NCBI GenBank assembly: GCA_046347015.1
Contig: JAXMHA010000005.1
Span: forward strand, 65,747 to 129,746
Direction of reading: 5' to 3'
DNA length: 64,000 nucleotides
DNA from: Lysobacterales bacterium
Lineage (GTDB): Bacteria > Pseudomonadota > Gammaproteobacteria > Xanthomonadales > Rhodanobacteraceae
Shown: piece by piece, positions 18,685 through 29,529 of the stretch
How positions within the stretch are numbered: position 1 is the stretch's first letter
How the letters are laid out: every line of letters begins with the position of its first letter
Notes under the pieces: generated by a model
Database searches by the model: none
What the model saw: the letters and a program-made list of their open reading frames with translations, nothing else
What the model was told of the DNA's origin: nothing
Made by a program: the position numbers and the translations under genes

Positions 18685-20394
18685 ATGCGCGTCCTCCGCG
18701 GCTATTCACAACTGGCCATCGCATGCTGGTTCGGGCTGGCTTCAGCCGCCGAACCGGCCTACAAGCTTCCCGACATCGGCAGTTCGGCGGCAACCGTGAT
18801 GTCGCCGTCGGACCTGCACGACTACGGCGCGGAAATGCTGCGAGAGCTGCGCAGTTACGACATGGTGCTCGACGACCCCCTCGTCGCCGATTACCTCGGC
18901 GCGATCGGTTACCGCCTCGTGTCGATGAGCGACCGCCCGGAGCAGCCGTTCACGTTTTTCGTCGTGCGCGACAACACCATCAACGCGTTCGCGGCGCCCG
19001 GCGGTTTCGTCGCGGTGAACTCGGGCCTGATCGTCAACATGGACCGCGTCGACGAATTGGCTGCGGTGCTGGCGCACGAGATTTCGCACATCACCCAGCA
19101 GCACCTGCTGCGCGCATTCGAATCGCAGCAGAAGATGAGCATCCCGGTGATGCTGGCGATGCTCGGCATCATGATCGCTTCGGCCGGGCGCAGCGACGAC
19201 ACCGGACAGGCGGCAATCGTGACCGGGACCTCGATCCTGCAGCAGCACGCGATCAACTTCACCCGGCAGGACGAGGCCGAGGCCGACCGCGTCGGCATCC
19301 AGACCCTGGCCCGCGCCGGTTTCGACCCGAACGCGATGGCGGAAGCATTCCAGACGCTGCAACGGATCACCCGCGTCAACAGCACAGAAATCCCCCCCTA
19401 CCTGATCGACCACCCCGTCGACACGCTGCGCATCGCCGACGCCAAGGCACGCGCGGCGCAGCTCGGCTGCCCGGTCGCGCAACAGGTGCCGCCACCGGGT
19501 CCAGTGGCGCCCGCCCGCTCGGGTGCGCTCGACCTGTCGCTGCCACGCGACTACTCGTTCCTGTCCGATGCCAACGCCCCGGATACGGGGTCGGGGACCG
19601 ACGCCGCGACCACGCTGTCGGTTGCCGCGAAAGGACATGCCGGCGCGTTGCCGACGGTCACCGTGGAAGCGTGTCGCGACCGCGATCCGGCGGCACAATC
19701 CTATTTCCTGCTGATGCGCGAGCGCACCCGCGTCCTGTCCTCGGACAATCCGTCGACGACGCTCGGCTACTACACCCGCAACCTGCATGACGACAAGGCG
19801 TTCAACACCCTCGCCAACCGGTACGGCCATGCCTTGGCGTTGTTGCGCTCGAACCAGGCGCAATCCGCCATGGCGGAACTTGCGCCACTGGCCGCGCAGC
19901 ACCCGGATTCCGCGGTGCTGCGGCTCGCGCTGGCCAAGGCCACTGCGCAATCCGGCGGACGCGATGTCGCCCGCCACGAGTACGAAAGCATTTACCGGGA
20001 CTTTCCCGGCAACCGGGCCGTCGTGCTGATGTACGCCGACGCGCTGCTCGACGCCGGTGACGCCGCGGGAGCGCGGCGCGTGCAGGAAATCCTGCGACCG
20101 CTGCTCGATCGCAATCCCGCCGATCCCGACCTCCAGCAAAGCTTCGGGCGCGCCTGCGCGCTGGCCGGCGATACGGTGCGAGCGGCCGAAGCCTATGCCG
20201 AAGCCGCGTTCCTGAACGGCCATGCCGAGGATGCGCTGAACCAGCTGAAGCGCCTCGCCACCCGGCAGGACCTCGATTACTACCAGCGCTCCCGCATCGA
20301 CGCGCGCATCGCCCAATTGACGCCGATCGTCCTCGAAGCGCGCAAGCGCGACAGCGACTCGCCACCCGATTCGCTGCTGCCGGCGTGGCACTGA
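18685..20394 (+). CDS. bepA: Beta-barrel assembly-enhancing protease (M48 peptidase + TPR)
   Basis: ATG 18685: MRVLRGYSQLAIACWFGLASA (signal peptide), INAFAAPGGF, zinc motif HEISHITQQH, TPR-like C-terminal half. The upstream part of the 838-aa ORF is non-coding or overlaps the previous gene. Confidence 0.82.
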   Translation: MRVLRGYSQLAIACWFGLASAAEPAYKLPDIGSSAATVMSPSDLHDYGAEMLRELRSYDMVLDDPLVADYLGAIGYRLVSMSDRPEQPFTFFVVRDNTINAFAAPGGFVAVNSGLIVNMDRVDELAAVLAHEISHITQQHLLRAFESQQKMSIPVMLAMLGIMIASAGRSDDTGQAAIVTGTSILQQHAINFTRQDEAEADRVGIQTLARAGFDPNAMAEAFQTLQRITRVNSTEIPPYLIDHPVDTLRIADAKARAAQLGCPVAQQVPPPGPVAPARSGALDLSLPRDYSFLSDANAPDTGSGTDAATTLSVAAKGHAGALPTVTVEACRDRDPAAQSYFLLMRERTRVLSSDNPSTTLGYYTRNLHDDKAFNTLANRYGHALALLRSNQAQSAMAELAPLAAQHPDSAVLRLALAKATAQSGGRDVARHEYESIYRDFPGNRAVVLMYADALLDAGDAAGARRVQEILRPLLDRNPADPDLQQSFGRACALAGDTVRAAEAYAEAAFLNGHAEDALNQLKRLATRQDLDYYQRSRIDARIAQLTPIVLEARKRDSDSPPDSLLPAWH

Positions 20395-20562
20395 CCCGCG
20401 CGGGCGCACGGCGGATCGCGGTTCCCGGACGCACGCTCCTTCGCGTTCCAGCCATCATCGGAGACCTCGCGCGATACTGTGTCGGCAGGCGCAATCGACT
20501 GCCGGTGCACGGGCCATCATGATTCCGGCCGGAAGATCGCGGCGCACACCCCAACTCGACCC

Positions 20563-22644
20563 ATGACCGTCGCCGAACGCACCGATTTCGCCGATCCCGC
20601 GCTGTACGTCAACCGCGACCTCGCGCACCTCGAGTTCGATTTCCGCGTCCTCGCGCAGGCCCGTGATCCAGCCGTCCCGCTGCTCGAGCGGCTCGTGTTC
20701 CTGTGCATTTCGCGCACGAACCTCGATGAGTTCTTCGAGACCCGGGTCGCCGTGCTGAAGGACCGCCTCGAACTCGGCGAACGATCGCGCGGACCGGATG
20801 ACTTGCCGCTCGACGACGTGCTGGGCCGGATCCGCCGGCGCACGCTCGAGCTCGTCGAGAGCCAGTTCGAAACATGGCACGAGGAACTGTTGCCCGCCTT
20901 GCGAGCCGAAGGCATCCGCGTCTCGACCGCCGCCGAATGGACGCCGCCACAGGCGGCCTGGTTGCGGGACCATTTCCGCGACGAGATCGTGCCGCTGTTG
21001 TCGCCGATCGATCTCGCACCGCCACGCCCGTTCCCGCGCATCCTCAACAAGTCGTTGAACCTCGTGGTGACGCTCCACGAGCACGGCGCCACCGGCCGCA
21101 CCCGCCGGCTGGCCGTCGTGCGCACGCCGCGTTCCGTGCCGCGCATTGTCCGCCTGCCGCCGGAAGTGGCGACGACACCGAACGACTTCGTGTTCCTGTC
21201 CTCGCTGCTGCAGGCATTCGTCGGCGAACTCTTCCCCGGTCTCGAAGTCGACGGAGCCTGGCAATTCCGCGTGACCCGCAACAGCGAATTGATCATCGAT
21301 GGCGAGGAAATCGAGAACCTCGCGCTGGTGCTGCGTGACGAGTTGAAGGAACGCGGTTACGCGAAGCCGGTGCGGCTCGAGATCGACGCCGAATGTCCAC
21401 CCGCGGTCGTGCAGATGCTGGCGCGCAACTTCCGGCTGGCCGATGCCGACGTGTACCGGTGCCGGGGCCCGGTCAATGTCAGCCGCGCGAACGCGATTCA
21501 CGCGATGGTCGATCGCCCCGACCTCAAGTTCGCGCCGTTCCAGCCCCGGGTGCTACCGGAAGTGGCCGAACGCGCGAACCTGTTCCGGCGGATCGCAACG
21601 CGCGACGTCCTGTTGCACCACCCCTACGATTCGTTCGGAACCGTCGTCGAGCTGCTGCGCCAGGCCGCGGCGGACCCCGATGTGCTGGCGATCAAGCAGA
21701 CGCTCTACCGCGTCGGCCACGACTCGCCGGTGATCGACCATCTGGTCGCAGCGGCACGGGCGGGCAAGGACGTCACCGTCGTCGTCGAGCTGCGTGCGCG
21801 CTTCGACGAGGAAGCGAACCTCGGGCTCGCCGACCGGCTGCAGGAAGCCGGCGTCCAGGTCGTCTACGGCGTCATCGGCTACAAGACGCACGCCAAGATG
21901 CTGTTGATCGTGCGGCGCGAACACGGCGCGCTGCGCCGCTACACCCACCTGTCGACCGGCAACTACCACCGGCGCACCGCGCGGCTGTACACGGACGTCG
22001 CGCTGCTGACGGCGGACGCGGACACCGGTGCCGATGCGCAGGCCCTGTTCCTGCAACTGTCGGGGTTCGCGCCGGCAGTCCGCCTGCGGCGGCTCCTGCA
22101 GTCCCCATTCACGATGCATCATCGCATCGTCGAGTTGATCGACCGCGAAATCGGCCATGCCCGCGCCGGTCGGCGCGCGCGGATCGTCGCGCGCATGAAC
22201 GCCCTCTGCGAGGGCAGCGTCATCGAGCGGTTGTATCGCGCGTCGAACGCCGGCGTGCCGGTGGACCTGATCGTGCGCAGCGCGTGCTCGTTGCGGCCCG
22301 GCTTGCCCGGCGTGTCCGCGAACATCCGCGTACGCTCGATCGTCGGCCGCTTCCTCGAGCACAGCCGCGTGTGGTGGTTCGCGAACGATGGCGATCCGGA
22401 ACTCTGGTGCACGAGTGCGGACTGGATGGAACGCAACTTGATCCGCCGCGTCGAAGTCGCGTTCCCGGTACGCGATCCGGGACTGGCGCAACGCGTCTTC
22501 GACGAGACCCTCGCGAATTACCTTGCCGACAACACGCAGGCGTGGCAGCTCGACAGCGACGGTGCCTATTCGCGCATCACGCCGGGCGGCGCACCGCCCC
22601 ACGCCGCCCAGGAAACGCTGCTGGCCGCCCTTGGCATCGATTGA
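20563..22644 (+). CDS. ppk: Polyphosphate kinase 1
   Basis: ATG 20563: ...YVNRDLAHLEFDFRVLAQA...LERLVFLCISRTNLDEFFE...TGNYH...VGRFLEHSR. Confidence 0.93.
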   Translation: MTVAERTDFADPALYVNRDLAHLEFDFRVLAQARDPAVPLLERLVFLCISRTNLDEFFETRVAVLKDRLELGERSRGPDDLPLDDVLGRIRRRTLELVESQFETWHEELLPALRAEGIRVSTAAEWTPPQAAWLRDHFRDEIVPLLSPIDLAPPRPFPRILNKSLNLVVTLHEHGATGRTRRLAVVRTPRSVPRIVRLPPEVATTPNDFVFLSSLLQAFVGELFPGLEVDGAWQFRVTRNSELIIDGEEIENLALVLRDELKERGYAKPVRLEIDAECPPAVVQMLARNFRLADADVYRCRGPVNVSRANAIHAMVDRPDLKFAPFQPRVLPEVAERANLFRRIATRDVLLHHPYDSFGTVVELLRQAAADPDVLAIKQTLYRVGHDSPVIDHLVAAARAGKDVTVVVELRARFDEEANLGLADRLQEAGVQVVYGVIGYKTHAKMLLIVRREHGALRRYTHLSTGNYHRRTARLYTDVALLTADADTGADAQALFLQLSGFAPAVRLRRLLQSPFTMHHRIVELIDREIGHARAGRRARIVARMNALCEGSVIERLYRASNAGVPVDLIVRSACSLRPGLPGVSANIRVRSIVGRFLEHSRVWWFANDGDPELWCTSADWMERNLIRRVEVAFPVRDPGLAQRVFDETLANYLADNTQAWQLDSDGAYSRITPGGAPPHAAQETLLAALGID

Positions 22645-22734
22645 CACGCGCGCAACCAGGAGCATTGCCCTTCCGACCGGCGACTCCCGAAGGACCCGCG
22701 CATCTTTCGGCATCCCGTACGCGGCCATGCGAGA

Positions 22735-24294
22735 ATGCCCAGGCCTCCCGGGGACTTGCCCGTGGCCGACGCCGCCCCTGACCCGTTGCGTGATGGTGAA
22801 CTGCTCGCGGCCGTCGACATCGGCTCGAACAGTTTCCACCTTGTCGTCGCACGCCACGAACATGGTGGCCTGCGCCTGATCGACCGGCTGCGCGAGAGCG
22901 TGCGGCTCGCGATGGGTGTCGATGCGCGTGGGCGACTCGATCCGAACCGCCGCGACGTCGCGTTGCGCTGCCTCTCCCGGTTCGGGCAGCGCCTGCGTGC
23001 GCTGGGCCACGAGCGCGTTCGCGCCGTCGCCACCAACGCGGTACGCCGACTGGCCAATCCGCAGGCGTTCCTGGTCCCGGCCGAAACCGCGCTCGGGCAT
23101 CCGATCGAGATCGTTTCCGGGCGCGAGGAGGCCCGCCTGATCTGGCTTGGCGTCGCGCATGGCCTCGAGGCCACCGGCCAGCGCCGGCTCGTCATCGACA
23201 TCGGGGGCGGCAGCACCGAATTCATCATCGGCGAGGGACTGGAACCGCTCGAAACCGAAAGCGTCCAGATTGGCTGCATTGCCAGTACCCGCAGATTCTT
23301 CGGCGACGGCGTGTTGACGGCCGCGCGGTGGCAAGGCGCGCTGACCGAGATTTCAGTCGAGTTGCAGCAGTTCGCCGCCGACTACCGCGCGCGTGGCTGG
23401 ACCGAATCGGTCGGCTCTTCAGGGACGGCCAAGTCCATCGGCAGCATCGTGCAGGCGAACGGGTGGAGCGACCAAGGCATCACCGCGGCTTCGCTGGCTG
23501 CGTTGCGCGAAGCCATCATCGCGGCCGGGCGCATCGATGCGCTGCGGCTCGCCGGCCTTGCCGAAGAGCGCATTCCGGTGATCGCGGGCGGCGTACTGGT
23601 GCTCGACGCGGCGTTCGCGACATTCGCGATCGACCGCATGATCGTGTGCGAGACGGCGATGCGCGAGGGCCTGCTGCACGACATGGTCGGCCGCGGCATG
23701 ACCGGCGATCCGCGCGCCGGCGCCATTGCGATGCTGGCATCGCGCTACGGCGTCGATCGCTCGCAGGCGGCGCGCGTGCGCACGGCGGCGCTGCAACTGT
23801 TCGATGCCGTCGCGGAAAGCTGGTGCTTGACCGGCCTCGACCGGGCACTGCTCGGCTGGGCTGCCGACGTCCACGAAATCGGCCTTGCGATCGCGCACAG
23901 CCTGCACCACCAGCATGCCGGCTACATCATCGCCCACTCCGACCTGCCGGGATTCAGTCGGCAGGTACAGGAGCAGCTCGCGGCCATCGTCCGCGCGCAC
24001 CGGCGCCGGCCGGACCGGGCGACGTTCGACGCGTTGCCCGAGCGCCTGCGGCTCGTGTCGCGGCGCCTTGCGATGCTGTTGCGCCTTGCCGCACTGCTCG
24101 AACGAGCCCGCACGACCGAACCCCTGCCGGCGCTGCGGCTGTCCGCCGAGGGCACGCACCTCGATCTCGAACTGTCCGAGGACTGGCTGGCGCGGCACCC
24201 GCTGACGCGCGCCGACCTCGAGCAGGAAGCCGACCACGCCCGTGACCTCGGCGTCCTGCTTTCGGTTCGACCGCTGGCAAGCACGGTGGCCTGA
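22735..24294 (+). CDS. ppx: Exopolyphosphatase (Ppx/GppA family)
   Basis: LAAVDIGSNSFHLVVAR, VIDIGGGSTEFI, HD-like C-terminal domain. Fits ppk-ppx synteny. Confidence 0.9.
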   Translation: MPRPPGDLPVADAAPDPLRDGELLAAVDIGSNSFHLVVARHEHGGLRLIDRLRESVRLAMGVDARGRLDPNRRDVALRCLSRFGQRLRALGHERVRAVATNAVRRLANPQAFLVPAETALGHPIEIVSGREEARLIWLGVAHGLEATGQRRLVIDIGGGSTEFIIGEGLEPLETESVQIGCIASTRRFFGDGVLTAARWQGALTEISVELQQFAADYRARGWTESVGSSGTAKSIGSIVQANGWSDQGITAASLAALREAIIAAGRIDALRLAGLAEERIPVIAGGVLVLDAAFATFAIDRMIVCETAMREGLLHDMVGRGMTGDPRAGAIAMLASRYGVDRSQAARVRTAALQLFDAVAESWCLTGLDRALLGWAADVHEIGLAIAHSLHHQHAGYIIAHSDLPGFSRQVQEQLAAIVRAHRRRPDRATFDALPERLRLVSRRLAMLLRLAALLERARTTEPLPALRLSAEGTHLDLELSEDWLARHPLTRADLEQEADHARDLGVLLSVRPLASTVA

Positions 24295-24405
24295 CGGGCA
24301 GCGAGTGCGGCTCGTCCGGTCGCATCTTCGTCCGCTAAACTGCGCAGACGCAGCCGGAGCGCCCGCGCGCACCCGGACGTACCCAGTTCCGCCGTGGAGA
24401 CCACG

Positions 24406-25041
24406 ATGCCCTGTCGAATCCTGCTTGCCCTCGCCTTCGCCCTGCCCGCATTCGCACTGGCGAATGCCGGCGCCGCCGAGAAACCAGCCGCAAAGCCCGC
24501 GATGAAGGCCGAAAAGGCGCCGGCCAAGCCTGCCGCTCCGGCCACCAATCCGCGCGTGCTGATCAAGACCAGCCTCGGCGACATCACCGTCGAGCTGTTC
24601 CCGGAGAAGGCGCCGAAGACGGTCGACAACTTCCTGCAGTACGTCAAGAGCGGCTTTTACGACGGCACGGTGTTCCACCGCGTCATCAACAACTTCATGA
24701 TCCAGGGCGGCGGATTCACGCCCGCGCTCAAGCAGAAGCCGACGCGCCCGCCGATCGTCAACGAAGCGAACAATGGCCTCAGCAACGTGCTGGGGACGCT
24801 GGCAATGGCGCGCACGGCCGACCCCGATTCGGCGAGCGCGCAGTTCTTCATCAACGTCGTCGACAACCCGCGCCTGGACTGGAGCGCGACCAGCCCCGGT
24901 TACTGCGTGTTCGGCAAGGTCGTGTCCGGCATGGACGTCGTCGACAAGATCAAGGCGGTGCCGACCGGCGCGCAGGGCCCGTTCCGCGGCGACGTGCCGC
25001 TGACACCGGTCGTGATCCAGAAGGTCGAAGTCCTGCCCTGA
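24406..25041 (+). CDS. ppiA: Periplasmic cyclophilin-type peptidyl-prolyl isomerase
   Basis: ATG 24406 preceded by GGAGA. Signal peptide [36 protein letters not shown] and SAQFFIN. Confidence 0.9.
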   Translation: MPCRILLALAFALPAFALANAGAAEKPAAKPAMKAEKAPAKPAAPATNPRVLIKTSLGDITVELFPEKAPKTVDNFLQYVKSGFYDGTVFHRVINNFMIQGGGFTPALKQKPTRPPIVNEANNGLSNVLGTLAMARTADPDSASAQFFINVVDNPRLDWSATSPGYCVFGKVVSGMDVVDKIKAVPTGAQGPFRGDVPLTPVVIQKVEVLP

Positions 25042-25062
25042 CGTCCCCGTCGCCTCGCGGCG

Positions 25063-25785
25063 ATGACGACGCTCTTCATTTCGGACCTGCACCTCGATGG
25101 GAGCCGAGCCGACATCGCGCGGCTCGCCGTCGATTTCATCCGGAGGGGGGCGGCGGGAGCCGCCGCGCTCTTCATCCTCGGCGATCTGTTCGAGGCATGG
25201 ACGGGCGACGACAGCGCGGACGACACGGCCGTTGCCATCGCCGGTGCGCTGGCCACCCTGCACGAATCCGGCGTGCCGGTGTATTTCATCCACGGCAACC
25301 GCGATTTTCTGCTCGGCGACGCGCTCGCACGGCACGCGCGCCTGACGGTGCTGCCGGACGCCAGCATCGTCGACATCGAAGGCACGCCCACCTTGCTGAT
25401 GCACGGCGATGCGCTGTGCACGGATGACGTCGCGTACCAGAAATTCCGCGCCGAGGTGCGTGAACCGGCATGGCAACGCCGGTTCCTCTCGCGGCCGCCG
25501 GATGACCGCCGCGAGTTTGCCGGCGCGGCGCGCGCCGAAAGCCGTCGCTACGGGGCACAACTCGACGCGGCGCTCGCCGACGTCAGCCCCGATGCCGTCA
25601 GTGCGGCCATGCGCCGCGCGGGCGTCACGCGCCTGATCCACGGCCACACCCACCGCCCCGCGATCCATCGCTTCACGCTGGACGGCCAGCCAGCCGAACG
25701 GATCGTCCTCGGCGACTGGTACACGCAAGGCAGCGTGTTGACGATCGGTCCCGGAGAAGCCACCCTCCGCACGCTGGCCGTTTGA
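25063..25785 (+). CDS. lpxH: UDP-2,3-diacylglucosamine diphosphatase
   Basis: TLFISDLHLD, ILGDLFEAWTGDD, HGNRDFLLG, LMHGDALCTDD, LIHGHTHRP. Follows a ppi gene as in E. coli. Confidence 0.92.
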   Translation: MTTLFISDLHLDGSRADIARLAVDFIRRGAAGAAALFILGDLFEAWTGDDSADDTAVAIAGALATLHESGVPVYFIHGNRDFLLGDALARHARLTVLPDASIVDIEGTPTLLMHGDALCTDDVAYQKFRAEVREPAWQRRFLSRPPDDRREFAGAARAESRRYGAQLDAALADVSPDAVSAAMRRAGVTRLIHGHTHRPAIHRFTLDGQPAERIVLGDWYTQGSVLTIGPGEATLRTLAV

Positions 25786-25988
25786 TCGTCTTCCGGTCGT
25801 CGAAGGTCACGGCCAACCCGGCGACTGCGACGATCCGGGACCGCGCATCGTCTGGTTCCCTCGTCACTCGCGCCAGAGCGCTACCGGCCGCCATGACGAT
25901 CTGCACATGCGGCCTGCATGCGGTGCAAGGGACGATGACTGCCGTTCCGCCTTGCGGCGGCACCAATCCATCCAGGCTGGGGAGATCG

Positions 25989-28149
25989 ATGATGTCGAAG
26001 CTGTTTGCGGTCGCGCTTGGCGCGGCCACGTTGCTGTCAGCACCCTTGGGATTTGCCGGTGACGGGGATCCCGACCCGGATTTCGGCAACGGTGGTGTCG
26101 CCTACCTCGCCCTCGACGGCATCGAAGGCCATGAGCTGCGTGCCAAAACGGTCATCGCGCTGGCCGGCGGCAAGCTGTTGTTCGCGGGCTCGCGCAACCT
26201 GCTGATCCCCGGCAATCCGGACCCGGCCATGCGCGCAATGATGGCGCGCATGAATCCCGACGGATCACCGGATCTCGGCTTCGGTGCCGACCCGAACAAC
26301 CCGGGGATCCTGGTGCTGCCGTCGATCTCGGCCACCGCGATCCAGACCATCGAAGCCATGCGCACGCTGGACGATGGCACGATCCTCGTCGCCGGCTATG
26401 CCTACGTGTTCGGCCCGCTGTCGGGATTCATCGGCAAGTTCGACGCCGACGGCCACCCCGACGACGCCTTCGGGCAGGACGGCATCCTGCAGATCCCGTC
26501 GGTCTTCCTGCACGCGATGGCGATCGACAGCCAGGGCCGGATCGTCGTCGCCGGTGAGCAGTCGATCAACGGACTGTCGCAGGGCTACATCGCACGCCTG
26601 TCCACCGACGGCACCTTCGACCCGACGTTCGGGCCCGCCGACGACGGAACCGTGCTGTTGACGCCGGAAGTCGCCGGCGACAACGCCTACATCTCGGCGA
26701 TCGCACTGGACGACGCCGATGGCATCGTGGCCGGTGGCATTTACGAGGACAACCAGAACTTCCTGTCGCAATTCTCCCTGGCCCACGTCGACGCCGACGG
26801 CAACCTCGTCACGACCTTTGCCGACGACGGCTGGCGGCGCTTCACGGTACCGGGCGACACATCCATGTTCAACGGCATCGACGTCCTGACGCGCACGCCC
26901 GATGGCCTGATCGTCATTGGCGCGCATCACGACGATGGACAGGGCGGCACGGTCGTCGTGCTTGGCCAACTGGACGCGAACGGCAACGACGACGCGGCGT
27001 TCGGCGATCCGTCGACACCGGGCTACCGGAACCTCGTCGTCGTGCCGGACGCCTGGAACCGTTACGCGAGTGCCGTCGTGCGGCAGGACGACGGCAAGTT
27101 CCTCGTTTCCGTCAGCTACGCGACACCGGCGAAGGAAGACTTCGTGGTGGCCCGCGCCGGCACCGACGGTGCGCCGGACCCGGACTTCGGCACCGCTGGC
27201 ATCGTCGATTTCGACGCCGCTCCCGGCGGCGTCTACAGCAACCTCACCGCGATGACGTTGCAGGACGGCAAGCCGATCCTCGCGGGCTCGGCCAAGCGTG
27301 ATCCGGGATCATCACTGGTCGACCTCGCGGCCGTGCGCCTCGGAAAACGGCCCGCGGGCGACGACCTCGTGTTCGCAGGACGGCTTCGACGGCACGTCGG
27401 CTGAACCGGGCGTCAGCACCTATGACGACCTCGCGGAGGGTTTCCTCGGCACCGACTACACGTACAACGGCATCTACTACCACGACGCGAACGGCATCGG
27501 CGGCATCTTCCCCGATGGCTCGACGTTCACGGCGGACGACGTCGGTGACCAGTTCATCATCGAGGACGCCGGCGTGCTGTGGAACGATTTCCCGGATTTC
27601 GGCAGCTTCCCGAACGTGCTGACGTTCGGCACCGCCTACGTGCCCGGCGACAACTTCTCGATCGGCGCGCTGGTGCAGGCGTCGATGGACCTGCCGGAAC
27701 CGGCGAACGCGGTCAGCATGGACCTCGCCTTCTACGAGAACGGCCCGTGGGGCGGCATCGAGCTGCACCTCGACGCCTTCCTCGGCGACACGTTGGTGGG
27801 TTCGGATTCCCTGACCATCGCCAACGGCGGCGGCCGCGACGACGTCACGACGACCACGTTTTCGGTCGCGGGCGTCACGTTCGACAAGTTGCGCCTGTAC
27901 GCAACGTACGGCGGGCAGCCGTCCGCGCCGCGGGTGATGATCGACGATCTCACGCTCACGCCGGCCGCGGCGCCAGAGGTCCCTGCTCGCGCGGGCTGGT
28001 TGCAGCAGTCCCGCGGTCGGCCCGCGCCATGGCTGGGGTTCCGCAGCACGGGCGGACCCCGGGGAAGTCCTCAGGATTGGCTCCGAACCGACGGGTCGAA
28101 CCCGTTCTCGAAGATGATGTCGTCGACCGCAGGGCGAACACCTCGTTGA
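25989..28149 (+). pseudogene. Secreted delta-60-type repeat beta-propeller protein with a C-terminal domain, split by a frameshift near 27378 as assembled
   Basis: ATG 25989: MMSKLFAVALGAATLLSAPLGFA (signal peptide). Seven D(G/A)xxDxxFGxxG repeats. Frame 1 stops at 27404. The continuation (DGFDGTSAEPGVSTYDDL...MIDDLTLTP) lies in ORF 27298..28149. The true 3' end is uncertain. Confidence 0.7.
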
Positions 28150-29179
28150 CGGACAATGGCGTGGTGCCGTCGACGTCGTAACCACCGGTGGCGAAGATCT
28201 TCCCGGTCGCGGGATCGACGTCGGCCGCAAGTTTCGCCGCGCCGCGTTCATGGCCGGGCCGAGGCCCCACGCGTCGGACGTCGGGTCGTAAACGTCCACT
28301 TCGTTGCTCGGGTTGGGTGACGTCCGCCGCCGCCCAGGACCCAGATGCTGCCATCCGTCTCGGTGACGGCGCGCGTCTCCGCGACGACGCGCGGGATTGT
28401 CGCCACGGACTGGATCTCATCCGCGGACGGGCTGTACAGGAACGACGTGTCGGTGTCGTCGATCGTCGTGCCGTCCCAGATCGAACCGCCGAAGCTGTAG
28501 ATGAAGCCGCCCGAGGCTGCCATCGGAATGTAGCCGAGACCCTGCGGCAATGTCGCCGTCATTTCGGTCCAGCGGGTGCCGTCCGCCGCATCCGGATCGA
28601 ACTGCCAGATCGTGTTCAACATCGCCGTGCTGATCTGGAAGCCACCGAACACATAGAGCTTGTTGTCGAGCACCGCCGCCCCACCCGGCAACGTGATCGT
28701 GTCGGCATCGCCCGGCCAGGGGTCGGACGCGAGCGTCGTGACCGTGCCGGCCACCGGATCGATGACGTTCACGGCGGCACTCGCGGTCGTTGCACCAGCC
28801 GCGGACCCACCGACAACGACGATCGACGGTGTGCCACCGACGTCGAGCACGCCACCGACCATGTTGTTGACCTGGTTGTCCGGAAACGTCAGCGTGGTCG
28901 CCGACCAGGCATCCGCTGTCGGGTCATAGGCGGTGACGGTCTGGAAGTCGGATCCGGCCGTGTCCGTTTCGCGCCCACCGAGGACATAGAACTGGCCGTT
29001 CGCCGGAAAGAACATTCCGAGCGACCGCACCACGGTGGTCGGAAAGTCAGTCGCGAGCGACCACGATCCCGGAGGCGTGCAGGTTCCACTCCGGGGTCCG
29101 GTTGCCGCACCGGCGACGGAAGGCAATGACAGCGCCGCGACGATGCCGGCAGCGAGGACCGACGAGAAACACCCTTCAT
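28071..29179 (-). pseudogene. Secreted Kelch-repeat protein, readable only with four frame switches as assembled
   Basis: AAAGGAG then ATG 29179 (MKGV..), then signal peptide FSSVLAAGIVAALSLPSVAGA in the next frame. Kelch-like blades (GQFYVLGG, NKLYVFGG, GFIYSFGG, GSIWVLGGG, GKIFATGGYD) are spread over ORFs 28248..29126, 27244..28299 and 27956..28420. The ending is ...DDIIFENGFDPSVRSQS* (stop 28071-28073). Confidence 0.7.
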
Positions 29180-29529
29180 GACCGCACTCCTTTCAGCGTC
29201 GAGGTTGCGGTCTTCTGATTCCCGCACGCGAGCGTAGTCCGGTCGAGGTTGGTCTGCACGCGGGGGCGTCCCTGCAAGTCTGCATCTGCAGGTAATCGTT
29301 CCTATTCGCGAACGCGCATCACGTCAGCTGGACCGAGCTCGCGAATCCCAGCATCGCAGAACCCAACACTGCGCGATTCGTTGCTCAACGCCGTCGGGGC
29401 TCATTGCATTCACCCCGGCCCGCCAGAGGCCGCGCCTTCGCAGGTCGGGACGGGCGCAGCGAATCCCGACATCAGCTCAACCCATTCTGGCGCAAGGCCG
29501 GAAGCATCTTCCCCCCAACCTTGCCCGAG

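Noticed and set aside
27960-28149. PEP-CTERM-like sorting tail at the end of the propeller protein (..TPAAAPEVP.. followed by SLLARAG / LVAAVPRSARA in other frames).
   Set aside because: It can only be assembled by invoking two further frame switches, and it still lacks a clean hydrophobic helix, an Arg cluster and a stop. This is too speculative to call.
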